64,000 nucleotides of DNA from Alphaproteobacteria bacterium. GTDB lineage: Bacteria; Pseudomonadota; Alphaproteobacteria; SMXQ01. Position numbers and translations under genes: made by a program. How positions within the stretch are numbered: the first letter of the stretch is position 1; the number at the start of each line of letters is the position of its first letter. The stretch covers positions 6,698 to 70,697 of the forward strand of contig DATJIG010000257.1 in the NCBI GenBank assembly GCA_035493495.1. Direction: 5' to 3'. The notes beneath the pieces were generated by a model. That model had not been told where the DNA came from and searched no databases. It was given only the letters and a program-made list of their open reading frames with translations. Of the stretch, positions 9,373-19,615 are shown in pieces.

Positions 9373-10659
9373 TCAGGTGTCGCGGGCGAGTCGGACGCCC
9401 GAGAACATCCAGCGCTGGTGAGGGTAGAAGAAATTGCGGTAGGTCGCGCGTGCGTGCCCGGCCGGCGTTGCACAGCAGCCGCCGCGGAGCACCATCTGGC
9501 CGGACATGAACTTGCCGTTGTACTCGCCGACCGCCCCCGCCGCCGCCACGAACCCGGGGTAGGGCGAATACGCCGATCCGGTCCATTCCCAGAGGTCGCC
9601 GAACATCTGGCGAAGGCCGCCTTCGTCGCCCGCGCCCGTGGCCACGAGCGCACCCGAGTCGAGAAAGTTGGCGGGCAACGCCGGCACGTGACAGGCGGCG
9701 TTCTCCCACTCGGCCTCGGTCGGCAGCCGCACGTCCCGGAAACGCGCGTACGCGTCGGCCTCGAAATGCGAGAGGTGCGCGACGGGCCGCGCGGAATCGA
9801 GCGGGATCGGACCACGCAGCGTGAACTCGCTCCAACCATCGTCGCCGCGACGCCAATACGCCGGGTGTTCGATCGCGTTGGCCGCAACCCATGCCCAGCC
9901 GTCCGACAGCCAGTACCTCGGGTCGCGATAGCCTCCGGCGTCGACGAATTCGCGGAACTCGCCGTTGGTGACGAGCCGATCGGCGATCTCGTAGGCCTCG
10001 ATCCAAACTTTGTGGCGCGGGCCCTCGTTGTCGAACGCGAAACCGTCTCCGGCATGACCGATCTCGATGAGACCTCCGGGGAAGCCGCGCCATGCGAGCG
10101 GCGACGAGCGCTCGGCAGGCAACGACGCGCCGACAGCGTACGCAGGTGCCAGCGGGTTGAGCGATAGGAGATGCAGCGCATCCATCAGGATCAACTCCTG
10201 ATGTTGCTCCTCGTGGTTCAGCCCGAGTTCGATCATCGGTGCGAACGCGACGAGCGCCTCGTCGGAACTTTCAGCGATCAGGCGCGCGAGCACCTCATCG
10301 GTGCGAACGCGCCACTCGACAACGCGCACGAGCGGCGGTCGGGTCAGCAGTCCGCGCGCCGGTCGCGGATGCCGCGGGCCGACCGTCTCGTAGTACGAGT
10401 TGAACAGATACCCGAATGTAGAGTCGAACGGCGCGAAGCCCGCCGCATGCGGCACCAGCACGAACGTCTCGAAGAACCACGTGGTGTGCGCGAGATGCCA
10501 CTTGGTCGGACTCGCGTCCGGCATCGACTGCACCTGCTGGTCCTCGGGCGTGAGCGGTGCCGCAAGCGCGAGCGATCGCGCGCGCACCGCGGCGACGCGG
10601 CTTGCGAGCGCCGCGCGCATTTCGTCGCGCGCGGTCGATTTCGGTGCGATGGTCGCCAC
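9373..10659 (-). CDS. egtB: EgtB-like sulfoxide synthase (DinB_2 domain plus FGE-sulfatase domain); GTG start
   Basis: N-terminal HxxxH triad region (HLAHTTWFFE...LNHEEQHQE) and C-terminal FGE-like domain (GDLWEWTGSAYSPYPGF, RGGCCATP); about 428 aa as for EgtB. Confidence 0.7.
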   Translation of the reverse strand: MATIAPKSTARDEMRAALASRVAAVRARSLALAAPLTPEDQQVQSMPDASPTKWHLAHTTWFFETFVLVPHAAGFAPFDSTFGYLFNSYYETVGPRHPRPARGLLTRPPLVRVVEWRVRTDEVLARLIAESSDEALVAFAPMIELGLNHEEQHQELILMDALHLLSLNPLAPAYAVGASLPAERSSPLAWRGFPGGLIEIGHAGDGFAFDNEGPRHKVWIEAYEIADRLVTNGEFREFVDAGGYRDPRYWLSDGWAWVAANAIEHPAYWRRGDDGWSEFTLRGPIPLDSARPVAHLSHFEADAYARFRDVRLPTEAEWENAACHVPALPANFLDSGALVATGAGDEGGLRQMFGDLWEWTGSAYSPYPGFVAAAGAVGEYNGKFMSGQMVLRGGCCATPAGHARATYRNFFYPHQRWMFSGVRLARDT

Positions 10660-10733
10660 GGCGTCTCCCGGTTGCGGAAAGCCTAGGCCGGTGAGGGATG
10701 ACCTTCAACCGGCAACGGTGCGACGATCCGGCC

Positions 10734-11369
10734 TTACGCCTTGGTATCGACGGTGTGGCCGATGTCGTTGTTGGCGGCCGACGGGTGCGCAACCTCGGCC
10801 TTGCCGCCCTTCGACACCGCGACCATGGCGGGTCGCAACAAGCGGTCGCGGATGACGTAGCCCGTCTGCATCACCTGGACGACAGTGCCCGTCGGCTTGG
10901 TCGGATCCTCGACCTCCATCATCGCCTGATGGAAGTTGTGGTCGAAGCGCTCGCCCATGGGGTCCACGCGGCGGATGCCGTGACGCTCGAAAACGGCGCG
11001 CAGTTCGCGGTCGGTGAGCTCGATTCCGGCGATCAGCGCATCGACCGCAGGATCCTTGCCGCGGGCTTCTGCGGGCACAGCGGCAAGAGCGCGACCGAGG
11101 TTGTCGGCAACCGACAGCATGTCGCGAGCGAACGCCGACATGGCGTATTTCGCCGTGTCCTCGCGCTCGCGCTCGGCGCGGCGGCGGACGTTCTCGGTCT
11201 CGGCCAGCGCGCGCAGCAGGCGGTCCTTGAGGTCGGCGACCTCGGACTCGAGCCTCGCCATATCCGGGGCGGGCTGCGCTTGCGGCGCGTCCTCCGGCGT
11301 CGCTTTCGGGACATCGGTGGAGAACACGGGATCGGGTCGATCGAATTCGTCAGCAGTCATGAATGTCAC
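10734..11369 (-). CDS. grpE: Nucleotide exchange factor GrpE (GTG at 11369; ATG alternative at 11360)
   Basis: Coiled-coil N-terminus, conserved C-terminal GrpE domain (FDHNFHQAMMEVE...). Confidence 0.9.
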   Translation of the reverse strand: MTFMTADEFDRPDPVFSTDVPKATPEDAPQAQPAPDMARLESEVADLKDRLLRALAETENVRRRAEREREDTAKYAMSAFARDMLSVADNLGRALAAVPAEARGKDPAVDALIAGIELTDRELRAVFERHGIRRVDPMGERFDHNFHQAMMEVEDPTKPTGTVVQVMQTGYVIRDRLLRPAMVAVSKGGKAEVAHPSAANNDIGHTVDTKA

Positions 11370-11432
11370 TCGGTGAAAATGGAACCGGACTCAAGGCAGA
11401 TGGACCAGAGGAGGTCAAATGGGAACGAAAGG

Positions 11433-12527
11433 TCAGCCGAGCAACCGCCCGACGACCTTCGCTGTATAATCGACCATCGGGATGATGCGGGCGTAATTGA
11501 GCCGTGATGGCCCAATGACGCCGATCGCGCCGACGATCTTCTCGCCCTGGGCGGCGAACGGCGCGACGATCATCGAGCAGCCTGCCATGTTGAACAGTTC
11601 ATTTCCGGCGCCGATGAAGATCTGCACGCCGTCCGCCGAGCCGGTGCGGTCCAGGAGCCGCAGCATTGTTTCCCTGGTTTCGAGCGCCTGCAGGAGACTG
11701 CGGACGCGCTCGAGCTCGGTCAGCGCGGTGACGTTCTCCAGCAGATTCGCCTGGCCACGGACGATGAGATAGCCGGACGGCGATTCGCCGGCCCAGGTCG
11801 CGAGGCCACGCGCCACCAGCTCGCTGGTCATGCGGTCGATCTGGGCGCGCCCGTCGTCGATCTCGTGGGTGATCGCCTCGCGGGCATCCTTCAGCGAGCG
11901 GCCGACGAGCCGGGCGTTGAGATAATTGGTGGCCTCGATCAGCGACGAGGGCGGCATGCCGACCGGAAGATCGATGACGCGGTTCTCGACCAGCCCGCTC
12001 TCCGCCACCATGACGACCAGCGCGCGGCCGCTCGACAGCGGCACAAATTCGATGTGCTTGAGCGCCGCCTCGCTCTTCGGCGCGAGCACTAAACTCGCGC
12101 AATGCGACAGGCCCGAGAGCGCCTGGCTGGCCTCGGCGAGCGCCTCCTCGAGGCTCCGGCCCGAGGCGCGGCAGCGATGCTCGATGTCGGCCTGCTCAGT
12201 CTTTGACAGCGCGCCGAGCTCAAGCAGCCCGTCGACGAACAGCCTGAGCCCCGCCTCGGTCGGCAGCCGGCCCGCCGAGGTATGCGGCGAGTAGAGCAGG
12301 CCCGCGTCCTGGAGGTCGGCCATGACGTTGCGGATCGTCGCCGGCGATAGCGCCGTCGACAGCCGCCGCGCGAGCGTACGCGAGCCCACCGGCTCGCCAG
12401 TCTCGACGTAGGCCTCGACAACCTGCCGAAAAATCTCGCGCGAGCGCTGCGAGAGCTCGGCCACCGCCGAGCCCTGAGGGCGATCCGACGACATATTAAA
12501 TGCTGATTCTGAAAGGTTTTTTGCCAT
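11433..12527 (-). CDS. hrcA: Heat-inducible transcription repressor HrcA
   Basis: N-terminal winged helix (SQRSREIFRQVVEAYVETGEPVGSRTLARRL) and HrcA C-domain. First ATG used; TTG 12533 and ATG 12494 are alternatives. Confidence 0.9.
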   Translation of the reverse strand: MAKNLSESAFNMSSDRPQGSAVAELSQRSREIFRQVVEAYVETGEPVGSRTLARRLSTALSPATIRNVMADLQDAGLLYSPHTSAGRLPTEAGLRLFVDGLLELGALSKTEQADIEHRCRASGRSLEEALAEASQALSGLSHCASLVLAPKSEAALKHIEFVPLSSGRALVVMVAESGLVENRVIDLPVGMPPSSLIEATNYLNARLVGRSLKDAREAITHEIDDGRAQIDRMTSELVARGLATWAGESPSGYLIVRGQANLLENVTALTELERVRSLLQALETRETMLRLLDRTGSADGVQIFIGAGNELFNMAGCSMIVAPFAAQGEKIVGAIGVIGPSRLNYARIIPMVDYTAKVVGRLLG

Positions 12528-12695
12528 GTCCAAGTTCAGCTTTGAATCTAGTAAGCCGGTCCCGGCCCGTCAATGCCGGCCCGCCCACGCTCGGACCGGT
12601 CGTCGCTTGATCCGCCGCGCCCGGAAAGCGTAGGGTGCCGCCGCGCGGCGCATCCCAATAGCCCGTCAACTCCTCAGAACGAAAAAGGCGATCCC

Positions 12696-13430
12696 ATGCG
12701 TCCGTCCGGACGAGCTCATGACGAACTGCGCGCCGTGGCGCTCGAACCCCACGTCAACCCCTACGCCGAGGGCTCCTGCCTCGCCCGCTTCGGCGCGACC
12801 CAGGTGCTGTGCACCGCCACGGTCGAAGAGCGAGTCCCGCCGTTCCTGCGCGATTCTGGCAAGGGCTGGGTGACGGCGGAGTACGGCATGCTGCCGCGCT
12901 CGACCCACACCCGCAGCGATCGCGAGGCGGCGCGCGGCAAGCAGAGCGGCCGGACGATGGAGATCCAGCGCCTGATCGGCCGCAGTTTGCGCGCGGTCAC
13001 CGATCTCAGAGCGCTCGGCGAGCGCCAGGTGAAGATTGACTGCGACGTCATTGTCGCCGACGGCGGCACGCGGACGGCGTCGATCACCGGCTCGTTCGTC
13101 GCGCTTCACATTGCGCTCGACAAGCTCGTCGCCGCGGACCTGCTACCGCGCGTCCCGCTCACCGACCATGTCGCCGCGATCTCATGCGGCATCCACCAGG
13201 GGATGCCGGTTCTCGACCTCGAGTACGTCGAGGATTCGAACGCGATGGTCGATGCGAACTTCGTGCTCACCGGCGCCGGACGCATCATCGAGATCCAGTC
13301 GACCGCCGAGGACACGCCGTTCACCAAGGGTGAGTTCGAGGCACTGCTGCGGCTCGCCGAAAAGGGCGTCGCCGAGCTGGTCGAGCATCAGAAGGTGGCG
13401 CTCGCTCGCGCCGCCGAGGCAAAGCGCTAG
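12696..13430 (+). CDS. rph: Ribonuclease PH
   Basis: [12 protein letters not shown]...[11 protein letters not shown]...[17 protein letters not shown]; ORF-track extension trimmed. Confidence 0.92.
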   Translation: MRPSGRAHDELRAVALEPHVNPYAEGSCLARFGATQVLCTATVEERVPPFLRDSGKGWVTAEYGMLPRSTHTRSDREAARGKQSGRTMEIQRLIGRSLRAVTDLRALGERQVKIDCDVIVADGGTRTASITGSFVALHIALDKLVAADLLPRVPLTDHVAAISCGIHQGMPVLDLEYVEDSNAMVDANFVLTGAGRIIEIQSTAEDTPFTKGEFEALLRLAEKGVAELVEHQKVALARAAEAKR

Positions 13431-13431
13431 C

Positions 13432-14049
13432 ATGGCCTCGGCGCCCATTCTTTCCGGCACGACTCTCGTCGTCGCGAGCCACAACGCGGGAAAGGTGCGC
13501 GAGATCGGCGACCTGCTCGCGCCGCTCGGCGTGCGGGCGATCTCGGCCAAGGAGAAGGGGCTCGCCGAGCCCGAGGAAACCGGTACCACCTTCGACGCCA
13601 ACGCACGGCTCAAGGCCGAGGCGGCGCGCGATGCGACGGACATGATGACGCTCGCCGACGATTCCGGGCTCGAGGTCGAGGCCCTCGGGGGCGCACCCGG
13701 AATCTACTCCGCGCGGTGGGCGGGCGAATCGCACGACTTCGGAGAGGCGATGGCGCGGGTCGAGCGCGAGTTGGGCGCCATTCCGGGAGCCTCGCGTCGC
13801 GCCCGGTTCGTCTGCGCGCTGGCCGTCGCTTATCACGACGGCCGCCCCACCGAGGTATTCGAGGGCACGGTCGACGGTGCGTTGACGTTCCCTGCGCGCG
13901 GCACCAAGGGATTCGGCTACGACCCGATCTTCGTGCCGGACGGCCACCCCATTACCTTCGGCGAGATGGAGCCCGAAGCAAAGCACGCGATCAGCCATCG
14001 CGCCCGCGCGTTCGCCAGGCTGCTCGCGCGGTTCGGGGAGCGATGGTGA
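13432..14049 (+). CDS. rdgB: dITP/XTP pyrophosphatase RdgB (Ham1 family)
   Basis: [14 protein letters not shown]...FGYDPIFVP. Starts 2 nt after the rph stop. Confidence 0.9.
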   Translation: MASAPILSGTTLVVASHNAGKVREIGDLLAPLGVRAISAKEKGLAEPEETGTTFDANARLKAEAARDATDMMTLADDSGLEVEALGGAPGIYSARWAGESHDFGEAMARVERELGAIPGASRRARFVCALAVAYHDGRPTEVFEGTVDGALTFPARGTKGFGYDPIFVPDGHPITFGEMEPEAKHAISHRARAFARLLARFGERW

Positions 14050-15251
14050 CGGTCGCGACCGGCGACACCACCGAGCTCGGTGCGCTTGCCGCCGACGGCC
14101 CGCTCGCACTTTACGTCCACTGGCCGTTCTGCGTTTCGAAGTGCCCGTACTGCGACTTCAACAGCCACGTCCGTGAGAGCATCGACCAGCGCGCATTTCG
14201 CGATGCCTATGTCGTGGCGCTCGAAGCCTGGGCCGAACGTCTGTCGGATCGCGAACTCGTCAGCATCTTTTTCGGCGGCGGAACGCCGTCGCTGATGGAG
14301 CCCGACACCGCGGCGACGGTGATCACGACCGCGAAGCGGCTGTGGCGCGCGAGCGACGCCCTCGAGGTGACACTCGAGGCCAATCCCAATTCCGCCGAAG
14401 CGCAGCGGTTTCGCGCCTTCGCCGACGGCGGTGTGAGCCGCATCTCGATCGGCGTCCAGGCGTTCGACAATGAGGCACTTCGGCTGCTCGGCCGGGCTCA
14501 CGATTCCGCCGAAGCAATCGCGGCGGTGCGCGCGGCGACCATCGCGGTGTCGCGGGTCTCGCTCGATCTGATCTACGCGCGTCCTTCTCAGACGGTTGCC
14601 GCTTGGACCGACGAGCTCGCGCGCGCGCTCGATCTCGGCACCAGCCACATCTCGGCGTACCAGCTCACCATCGAGAAGGGCACGCCGTTTTTCGGCATGG
14701 CCCAGCGCGGCACCCTCGCCGTGCCCGACGAAGACACCCAGGCAGCGCTGTACGAGGCGACCCAGGAAACGCTCGGACGGCACGGGTTGCCTGCCTACGA
14801 GATTTCCAACCACGCTCGACCCGGCGCCGAGTGCCGGCACAACCTCGTTTACTGGCGCTACGGCGACTACGTCGGCATCGGTCCCGGCGCCCACGGGCGG
14901 CTCACGCATGCGGATCGATCGACCGGCGTTGCGACCGCCGGCCACCGCAAGCCCGAGGCGTGGCTCGACGCAACTCTGGCAGGCAATACGCTCGCGCTCG
15001 TCGAAACCGGGGAACTCACCCGCGACGAGCGGATTCGCGAGATGACGATGATGGGCCTCCGGCTGACCAACGGGATCGCGCGCCGCGATTTCGATCGCGT
15101 CGCGGGCGACCCGATCGAGCAAGTGTTCGACGGCGCAACTCTCGGGCGCCTCGTCGATGGCGGATTTCTGGTGATCGACGACGCCGGTATCCGCGCCACG
15201 GCCGGCGGGCGGGCGCGCCTCAACGCCGTGCTCGCGGCGCTGCTGCCTTAG
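14043..15251 (+). CDS. hemW: Radical-SAM heme chaperone HemW (HemN-like, oxygen-independent coproporphyrinogen oxidase family)
   Basis: CxxxCxxC radical-SAM motif ([10 protein letters not shown]) and HemN C-terminal domain. Start overlaps the rdgB stop. Confidence 0.85.
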   Translation: MVTVATGDTTELGALAADGPLALYVHWPFCVSKCPYCDFNSHVRESIDQRAFRDAYVVALEAWAERLSDRELVSIFFGGGTPSLMEPDTAATVITTAKRLWRASDALEVTLEANPNSAEAQRFRAFADGGVSRISIGVQAFDNEALRLLGRAHDSAEAIAAVRAATIAVSRVSLDLIYARPSQTVAAWTDELARALDLGTSHISAYQLTIEKGTPFFGMAQRGTLAVPDEDTQAALYEATQETLGRHGLPAYEISNHARPGAECRHNLVYWRYGDYVGIGPGAHGRLTHADRSTGVATAGHRKPEAWLDATLAGNTLALVETGELTRDERIREMTMMGLRLTNGIARRDFDRVAGDPIEQVFDGATLGRLVDGGFLVIDDAGIRATAGGRARLNAVLAALLP

Positions 15252-15254
15252 GAC

Positions 15255-16628
15255 TCAGTTCGACGGCGGATTGAAGCTGGTCGGCGCCGGGCTGATGATG
15301 CGGCTCGCGCGCAACCGCACTTCGATCACAGCGAGACCGCGCTCCGCGGCGCCATCGGAATTGAGGCGGAAGATACCGTCGACACCGGCGAACCCGTTGG
15401 GTTGAGTCAGCCGCTCGGCGGTGAACCGCGGGCGGGTGTCAGCGGTGCGGGCGATCACCGCGGCGAGCAGCGTCGCATCGAAGGCGAGCGAGGCAATGCG
15501 CGGCGGCGCCGCGCCGAACGTCTTGTGATATTCGCGCTCGAACTCGGCCCGCGCTTCGGGAGGCGGCGCCGGGTACCACCCGCCGTTGAGCGACGGCTCG
15601 GTTTCAGTCAGCGGATCGTTCCAGTCGAAAGTGCCGAGCAGACGCACGCGGCGCGTGTCGATGTCGTAGAACGACAGCAGCGGTGCGATCGCCCGCAGCC
15701 GCGCTCCACCTTCGGGAATCAGCAGCGCGTCGAAGTCGGGATCGCCCGCGGTTTCGACGCCGTCGAGGCGGCGCAGCGCCGCCCGCGACGCCTCGTCGCC
15801 CTTGGCGACGAGCTGCGCGCGCTGCGTGCGCAGCGCAGCGCGACGCTGGTCGTAATCGGCAAGCTGCCGCACGACGGCCGAGAGCGCCTGGGTTTCCATC
15901 GATGCGTAGCGTGAGAGACGGGTCACCTGCCCGCCGGACGCGGCGACCACCTTTTGCAGGGCGTCGGCGGCGCGCGAGCCAAAGGCATTGTCGGGCACCA
16001 GCGCCGCGAAGCGTCGGGCACCGTTCGCCTGTGCCAGCGACACCACACGCTGGATCTGATTCTCGGGCGTAAAGCCCATGACGTAGACGCCGTTTCCAGC
16101 GACCGCGACATCGTTGGAGAAGGCGACCACCGGCACGCCATGCTGCCGCGCGACCGGCGCGATCTCCGTCACGCTGGCGGCGAAGATCGGGCCGAGGATC
16201 AGCTCGGCTCCCTCGTTGATAGCATCCGCTGTCGCGCCAGCGGCGCCGCCGAGCCCCTCGGTGTCGCGGGGAAGGAGCTCGACCGTGTCGGAGTCGGCAG
16301 CGAAAAGCGCGAGCGACGCAGCGTTGAGCATCGCCCGACCGAGATTGGCGTTGGGCCCACTCAACGGCAGCAACAGCGCCACGCGCGCCTTGCCGGTGCC
16401 GATTGGCTCGCCCGGGATCGGCGTGATAGGCGCAGGTTCCGAGGTGATCGGTGGCGGCGCCGCCTCGGGCGCGGTTGCTTGCGGCGCCGGGCGCGCCTCC
16501 GGTACCCTCGCGACCGGGCGCTGCGTCGGCGTGCAGCCTGACATGACGGCGGCGAGCGCGACCACGCCGACGGTGGTCGCGAAACGCCGGACCAGCGAGC
16601 GCGAACAGAAGAAGAAGGACATGGTCAT
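15255..16628 (-). CDS. lpoA: LpoA-like penicillin-binding-protein activator lipoprotein (periplasmic-binding-protein type 1 fold)
   Basis: Lipobox AAVMSGC, Ala/Pro-rich linker, Leu/Ile/Val-binding-protein-like domain. Divergent from rsmI (E. coli yraL/yraM synteny). Confidence 0.6.
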   Translation of the reverse strand: MTMSFFFCSRSLVRRFATTVGVVALAAVMSGCTPTQRPVARVPEARPAPQATAPEAAPPPITSEPAPITPIPGEPIGTGKARVALLLPLSGPNANLGRAMLNAASLALFAADSDTVELLPRDTEGLGGAAGATADAINEGAELILGPIFAASVTEIAPVARQHGVPVVAFSNDVAVAGNGVYVMGFTPENQIQRVVSLAQANGARRFAALVPDNAFGSRAADALQKVVAASGGQVTRLSRYASMETQALSAVVRQLADYDQRRAALRTQRAQLVAKGDEASRAALRRLDGVETAGDPDFDALLIPEGGARLRAIAPLLSFYDIDTRRVRLLGTFDWNDPLTETEPSLNGGWYPAPPPEARAEFEREYHKTFGAAPPRIASLAFDATLLAAVIARTADTRPRFTAERLTQPNGFAGVDGIFRLNSDGAAERGLAVIEVRLRASRIISPAPTSFNPPSN

Positions 16629-16736
16629 GCTGTCGGAGAACGCGGTTGGACGGCGCGAGATCGGCTTGTCGACCGGAGCCGACAGGCTATCTGCGCCTTC
16701 CGGCGATGTAAACGTCGCTGTCCGCGGACGTCGCCG

Positions 16737-17603
16737 GTGAGCCGCGACCCTGATGAGCGCCTCGCTCCGGGCCTGCACCTCGTTGCGACGCCGATCGGCA
16801 ATCTCGGTGACATCTCGGCACGCGCGATCGCCGTCCTCAAGGGGGCCGACGCCATCGCCTGCGAAGACACCCGTGTGACAGGCAAGCTCACCCACGCCTT
16901 CGGCATCGCCACTCCGCTTCTCTCATACCACGAGCACAACGCCGGCCGGATGCGGCCCAAGCTGCTCGCCCGCCTGCGCGGCGGCGAGCGCATCGCCCTC
17001 GTATCCGACGCGGGCACGCCGCTCGTATCGGACCCTGGTTACAAGCTCGTGCGCGAAGCCGCCGCAAGTGGCATCGTCGTGTTCCCGGTGCCCGGGCCGT
17101 CGGCGGCTCTCGCGGCTCTGATCGTTTCGGGCCTTCCCACCGATCGCTTCTTCTTCCAGGGATTCCTGCCGGCGAAAGCCGGCGCTCGCCGCACCGTGCT
17201 CGCGGAGATCGGAGCCGTTCCGTCGACCCTCGTCATCTTCGAGGCGGCGCGGCGGCTCGGGGTTACGCTCGGCGAAATCGCCGACGTTCTCGGTGATCGC
17301 GAGGCGGCAGTCGGTCGCGAGCTCACCAAGTTGCACGAGGAGGTGCGGCGTGGCCCGCTGACGCAGCTCGCCGCCCACTACGAGGAATCACCCGGCAAAG
17401 GCGAGGCCGTGATCGTGATCGCGCCGCCCAGCGCCGAGACATCCGATGCAGCCACCACGGTGGTCGATATCGAAAACCGCCTGCGCGAGCTTCTGGTGAG
17501 TCACGGCGTCAAGGAAGCAGCGGCGGTGGTCGCGGCGGAGTTCGGCATCGGCCGACGCGACGCCTATGCCCGCGCACTCGCGTTGCGCGGCGGCGAGCGA
17601 TGA
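16737..17603 (+). CDS. rsmI: 16S rRNA (cytidine1402-2'-O)-methyltransferase RsmI (GTG start)
   Basis: LHLVATPIGNLGDISARA tetrapyrrole-methylase fold typical of RsmI. Confidence 0.88.
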   Translation: MSRDPDERLAPGLHLVATPIGNLGDISARAIAVLKGADAIACEDTRVTGKLTHAFGIATPLLSYHEHNAGRMRPKLLARLRGGERIALVSDAGTPLVSDPGYKLVREAAASGIVVFPVPGPSAALAALIVSGLPTDRFFFQGFLPAKAGARRTVLAEIGAVPSTLVIFEAARRLGVTLGEIADVLGDREAAVGRELTKLHEEVRRGPLTQLAAHYEESPGKGEAVIVIAPPSAETSDAATTVVDIENRLRELLVSHGVKEAAAVVAAEFGIGRRDAYARALALRGGER

Positions 17604-17974
17604 TCGCGCGCCGCCGGATCGACGTACGGCGCGCCGACGAACAAGCGGGCCGCACCGCCGAAGCTGTCGCCGCGCTTCTACTCAGACTCAAGGGCTATCG
17701 AATCCTCGAGCGGCGCTTCCGCGGAGTGAGGGGCGAAGTCGACCTGATCGCCCGTCGCGGCGGGCTTCTGGTGTTCGTCGAGGTCAAGCGCCGCGGGACG
17801 CTCGATGAGGCGGCCCTATCGGTCACCGTCCGTCAACGCGAGCGGATCGGCGCTGCCGCTGAGGAATATCTTGCCCGCCATACGACTCTCGGTACCTTGG
17901 GCGTGCGCTTCGATGCCGTGCTGGTCGCGACGGGACGTTTGCCGCGCCACGTGCCGGATGCGTGGCGCCCTTAA
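17600..17974 (+). CDS. yraN: YraN-family (UPF0102) endonuclease-like protein
   Basis: GYRILERRFRG...GEVDLIARRGGLLVFVEVKRR; ATGA overlap with rsmI. Confidence 0.8.
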   Translation: MIARRRIDVRRADEQAGRTAEAVAALLLRLKGYRILERRFRGVRGEVDLIARRGGLLVFVEVKRRGTLDEAALSVTVRQRERIGAAAEEYLARHTTLGTLGVRFDAVLVATGRLPRHVPDAWRP

Positions 17975-18044
17975 AGCGAACCAAAGCTTGCCAGCACGTC
18001 GTTGCCGGAGCACCCTCGGGGAACGTTACGCTTCGGACCCGCTC

Positions 18045-18668
18045 ATGCCGTATGCCTTGCATCACCGGCTTCGCACACGCGCCTTGATCGCGTCGTTCGC
18101 GGCTTCTCTGATCCTGCTCTCCGCCTGCAGCACCACCGACCTCGCACTCAGCGCCGGAGCATCCGCCGGAGTCGCGGCGTCGGAGGAACGCGGCTTCAAC
18201 GGCGCCGTCTCCGACTCCGAACTCAGCGCCCGCATCAATTACGCCTGGCTCAACCGGAACGTCGACATGTTCCATTCGTTGAACCTGTTCATCTACGAGG
18301 GACGGGTTTTGATCACCGGTGTGCTTCCAGGAATCGAACAAATGGACGAGGCGGTGACGCTTGCCTGGAAAGAGAACGGTGTGCGTGAGGTGATCAACGA
18401 GATCATTGTCGATCCCTCCGGCAGCACCGGAACGTATGCGAGCGATTCGTACATCACAGCGCAGCTCAAGACGAAGCTGCTGCTCGACCGCGACGTCAGC
18501 GCCGTCAACTACTCGGTCGATTCGGTGCGCGGCACCGTTTACGTCATCGGGATTGCTCAATCCCAAAACGAGCTCGACCGTGTCATCGGTTACGCGCGGA
18601 ACATCCGGTACGTGAAGAAGGTCGTCAATTACGCCATTCTCAGAGACGATCCCCGGCGGAAGTCATGA
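18045..18668 (+). CDS. dolP: DolP/YraP-like dual-BON-domain outer-membrane lipoprotein
   Basis: Lipobox LLSAC; two BON-like repeats (RVLITGVLP..., GTVYVIGIA...). Confidence 0.7.
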   Translation: MPYALHHRLRTRALIASFAASLILLSACSTTDLALSAGASAGVAASEERGFNGAVSDSELSARINYAWLNRNVDMFHSLNLFIYEGRVLITGVLPGIEQMDEAVTLAWKENGVREVINEIIVDPSGSTGTYASDSYITAQLKTKLLLDRDVSAVNYSVDSVRGTVYVIGIAQSQNELDRVIGYARNIRYVKKVVNYAILRDDPRRKS

Positions 18669-19531
18669 GCGAGGGCACCGATATCGCCGGCGGCAGCGAT
18701 CCCAAGCTCGACCCCGAGAAACTCGAGCGGTCGCTCGACGCTTTGCTCGGCGCCTCGGGCGACGAACTCGACCTCGCCGAGGCCGCGCTGCTGTTCGGGG
18801 CGCTCGACAGGCCGCGAGTCGGACTCGGCCGTTATCGCGATCAGCTGAGCGACATGACGGCGGCCGGCAGCGCCCTTGAGGACTGCCCCGACGCCGAGGA
18901 GGCTGCGAAGACCCTGGTCGAACTGGTGGCGAAAGGATTCGGATTCCGCGGCGACGATCTCACCTACGACGACCTCCAGAACGCCAATCTCATCCGCGTC
19001 CTCGACCGCCACAAGGGACTGCCGGTCGCCCTCGGCATCCTCTACATCCACATCGGCCGCGCCCACGGTTGGCAGACGATGGGTCTCAACTTCCCGGCCC
19101 ATTTTCTGGTCTCGGTCGAGGGCAAGAGGAGCCGGGCGCTGCTCGACCCGTTCGCCGGCCGCGTGCTCGAAGGCGCGAACGAAGTCCGCGCGTTTCTCAA
19201 GGCTGTCGCCGGCAAGGACGCGGAGCTCTCGCCCGACCAGCTCGCGCCGATGAACGACCGCGCGGTGCTGCTGCGGCTGCAGAATAACATCCGCGCCCGC
19301 CTCGCGGCGCAGAACAAGTTCCCCGATGCGGCGCGCGTGGCAACCCGGATGCTGAGGCTTGCGCCGAACAACTGGCAGCTCGCCCGCGAAGCGGCGCTGC
19401 TGCATGCACGCGCCGGGAGCTACCGCGCCGCCCAAGCCTTGCTGAACGCCTTCGTCGTCCGCGCCGTCGATGCCGCCGACCGCGAGGCGGCGGAGAAGCT
19501 CGCCTCGAAGCTCGCCCAAGCGCTTCACTGA
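18665..19531 (+). CDS. SirB1/transglutaminase-like superfamily protein with C-terminal TPR-like helices
   Basis: N-terminal SirB1-type domain (ALLDPFAGRVL...), helical TPR-like C-terminus; ATGA overlap with dolP. Confidence 0.5.
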   Translation: MSEGTDIAGGSDPKLDPEKLERSLDALLGASGDELDLAEAALLFGALDRPRVGLGRYRDQLSDMTAAGSALEDCPDAEEAAKTLVELVAKGFGFRGDDLTYDDLQNANLIRVLDRHKGLPVALGILYIHIGRAHGWQTMGLNFPAHFLVSVEGKRSRALLDPFAGRVLEGANEVRAFLKAVAGKDAELSPDQLAPMNDRAVLLRLQNNIRARLAAQNKFPDAARVATRMLRLAPNNWQLAREAALLHARAGSYRAAQALLNAFVVRAVDAADREAAEKLASKLAQALH

Positions 19532-19615
19532 TCCCCAACGCCTAGTCCACGGACGTGCGCCATTTCGCGCCGCCGAGGTTCGTGCTAACCGTTGGTGCAT
19601 GTAGGGGAAGACACC

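Noticed and set aside
7170-9509. 779-aa ORF on the plus strand opposite dnaK, and similar long antisense ORFs (54692-56758 opposite yyaL, 47894-49189 opposite rho, 19721-20686 opposite gshB, 13917-15122 opposite hemW, 31755-32996 opposite the methyltransferase, 23571-24521 opposite the histidine kinase)
   Set aside because: High-GC DNA yields long stop-free antisense frames. Their translations are low-complexity Arg/Ala/Gly-rich with no recognisable domains, and each fully overlaps a gene with unambiguous conserved motifs on the other strand.
11370-12700. CIRCE (HrcA operator) upstream of hrcA, grpE or dnaK
   Set aside because: Searched for TTAGCACTC-N9-GAGTGCTAA-like inverted repeats; none present.
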